A stretch of 64,000 nucleotides of DNA, from NCBI GenBank assembly GCA_965285935.1, contig OZ260663.1, positions 13,578,001-13,642,000 on the forward strand, given 5' to 3'. Below, piece by piece: positions 61,064 to 64,000 of this stretch. The stretch comes from Ophelia neglecta. Its lineage: Eukaryota. How positions within the stretch are numbered: the first letter of the stretch is position 1; every line of letters begins with the position of its first letter. The translations under genes and the position numbers were made by a program. The notes beneath the pieces are model-generated. The model saw only the letters and a list, made by a program, of their open reading frames with translations, searched no databases and was not told the DNA's origin.

Positions 61064-64000
61064 TGTGTTTATAGGTCACTCTCTTTATAAGTCACTCTCT
61101 AAATGATGTAAGATATATATGATAGTAACAAACATTAATGCTGAGGGGTTTGTGTTTCAGTTGCAAGACCATCACTAGCATTTAGCTGTGTCACTTGTTG
61201 ATCGAATTCAAATAACTACATTCCTATAATTAAGGAAAATATTATATTTTCTATAAATATTCCAGTTAAATGTAATTAATCTGTTATGATTCATGACGAT
61301 CACGGTACAATTACCGAGAAGGATATTTCCGTAGGAACTTTTGCAGAGTCTTCTTTTCCATGTATGATTTAATAGGCAATGACAAGTGTCGGCGCTGTAC
61401 GAGTATGCTCATTCTAAGACAATGCCTTGTGTGTTTAGATTGTGGTAGTTTGAAGACTAGAATAGTATCACCGTGTTGGTGAAGAACGGCTTGGCACATA
61501 AGATCGATATGACCAGGCCCTACATCCGGCTATGTGAGTTATAACCTCCTCCAAGGTCGACCCATGTGCATCATAAAACCCCCATTGGCAGTGGAATCCA
61601 TCAGCTTGTGTACAGATAGACGACGTTAATGTTAGAAATCAAGTCAGCAATGTCAAAGGTCAAGTAAATAGATTTCCAAAGTTGGCACCGCGATGACGCC
61701 CAATTGCCTTCATATGGCATTCTGCCAGCCCCTAAACTACATGGAGAGAGCGGCTATGAACAGATTCACCCGCATCCTACAAGACAGACCAATTTGATAA
61801 TTAACCACAGGGCCCAGAAGAACCGCCAACAGGGGAAATACATAAATAATAAAAGCAACATAACACTGTAATGGATGAAGAATTTGCGAAGTAACTTCGT
61901 CTGGCACTTCCGATTAGGAGGAGCACGCACATATCAATACGAAAACGATACAACCATTGCTGTTCCCCGACCTGTTCATTCCTGACTTGAAAATGTCTCA
62001 GGATATTAGCGTGTATCACGATATATGCTGTTTGTTTCAGAACATCTATTGCTGCATAGCATAACGTACAATGAATAACTCGGACATCTCACTGAGTCGT
62101 GCATAGCACAACGGCAAGAATCTTACTGTCCGAGGAATTATTCGCATGTCAACCTCAAACATCTATATGAAAAACAAGAGATTTGGCATCCGTAGAGCAA
62201 CATATATTCATAAAAGAAAACAATTAGTGTTCATTGTTTAATTGCCGAAGAGATATAGAGCACATTAGATGCCTTAAGCAGCTTACGTCGCTTGAAAAAA
62301 CATTAAAAGATACACTTGAAAGCCATCCCTCTAGCCGTTTGTCACCGGCAGACCCCTTTACTTGTTCTGGGTAAAGTGCCCCCACCCCACCAACCTGGCA
62401 ACGCGCTCCCGAAACAATAAAATACAGAAGAATATGAAACTAACTAGGAACACAAACACTGAGAAAAATTGTTTATTTCGTTGAGGTTTGAGATGTCTTA
62501 ACAAGGGACACTTTTTTCAAGGTTATATTGTCGACATTATTTGTGACTCAGCCTAATTTTTCGCTCATGAGAAAAATAAACTGCCCTGAATAAGAACCAG
62601 ACCTTCTTGTGAATAGATGATTGGTAGGATACCGTTTCAATTTATCCCGGCTTAACAGGAGCTTCCTGCGGAACAGCAATTGATTTGTAATCTGACACTT
62701 GCTAGCGAGACTTCAAATGAGCTTCATTAAAGGCTAGGCAGACCACTGGGTCTCACTGGGCTGATTTAAGCTAGGCTTAGGCATGAAGGCTATTTCTATC
62801 TCGACACTATGCACGCTGGAAATAAACTACCACCTGATGACAGAAATCAAATCCAATGCAATTTTGACCTGTGTACGAGACGATTCATTCAAACAATACT
62901 ATGCGTTATTAGGGAGCACTGATTTGCTAATAGAACCTTAGCAATTTTACCGGTTAATTGATCTGTGTGTTAAAATCCAGGTCATGCTTATAATAAATAA
63001 ACAAACGGAATTCGTCGGGCAAAACAATATTCCAAAGCCGTTTTTGTTCATACAGATCTATGTATAATGACAACACATAGTAAATAAATTGGTTTTAATC
63101 GCTCAAGATTTCGACACCATATAGATATGCTTCATTGCGTTAAACAGAACTTTGCTAACATACACTGAGTGACGGTAATCGACAAATTACAGTTAATTGA
63201 CGAATGTCCATTTTTTGTTGAGTATTTTCAGTGTCATATTTCGATTTTTCATCAGCCTTCTACTCCGTTTCAAAGCTGACGTTAATGGACTTATCAAAAG
63301 AACCATTTAACAGTTGTGCTGTGGATGCGAACATTTCTTCATCACTCGAAGAAAAAAGCATTGGATGGGAAAAATGGTTGCTTGGCTGCCAGAAATGGTA
63401 TCAAGTATGTGTCACCTGATATTTGTGGCCTGGTAATGACTATATCTCTTGGCACGTGATGATAACGGGCGATTCCTCGGGAAAAATTTCTAACATCGAA
63501 AAATCTAATATTTTTGCCCAGAAAAGTGTCCCAAAGCATTCCAAGTACCATTATTTGCGTTCCATAGTGCTTTTTCATACTGCTATATTAACGTTGACGT
63601 TCAATCGGTAATTGCAGGTTCAGCGGGCCTCTGTATCTGAACCGACGTGCGTTTTTAATAGTTGATTATTACTTATATGGCTTTGGGTTAAGCACATAAT
63701 CATCAAGTTAATTGTGGAACGGTACTCGCAAAACAAAAAGACTTTTGCAAGAGATCCATTTAAATATTGTAAATAGGTGTAGTAAATAGGTTATATTATA
63801 TTCGAACGTTTCGGTACAAATTACCTTCGTCAGGGTAAAAAAAAACATGTTCACAATAACAACCTAAAGAAAAGGTTTTAGTAGTAACGTCATAGCTATT
63901 AACACGTGGCTCTTGGAGCGTTAACGAGCCTCATGAACTTAAAGTCTATGTACAAACTGTCTAGTACTTGTAGGCAACCTAATTTACATATCAGTTGTTG

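Overview
AT-rich, intron-containing animal DNA, most consistent with a lophotrochozoan or other marine invertebrate (inferred from domain content, not proven). Most ORFs in the supplied track are spurious or are single exons. Two complete spliced genes can be rebuilt from GT-AG sites with consistent phases. Gene 1 (+, 1297-6910, 7 exons, 723 aa): signal peptide, an unassigned ~170-aa domain, SUEL/Gal_lectin domain, Ser/Thr-rich stalk, TM helix and a Tyr-motif-rich tail. Gene 2 (-, 46621-41983, 9 exons plus a possible 24-nt microexon, 463/471 aa): signal peptide, SUEL-like domain, CUB, sushi-like module, TM and a tail with HVYESP. A third signal-peptide exon (+, 60069-60141) matches gene 2 exon 1 in size and phase, so a paralog probably continues past the window. 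Between the convergent genes lies an old tandem triplication of apparently non-coding DNA (~18.7-37.1 kb, full unit ~9 kb). Its middle copy carries a decayed Ty3/Gypsy protease-RT fragment. Other probable retroelement relics (LTR integrase, BEL/Pao, CR1-like LINEs), two MITE-like elements, a dispersed ~100-250 bp repeat and small tandem repeats are present. No rRNA, intact tRNA or CRISPR array was seen. All translations and alignments were done by eye.
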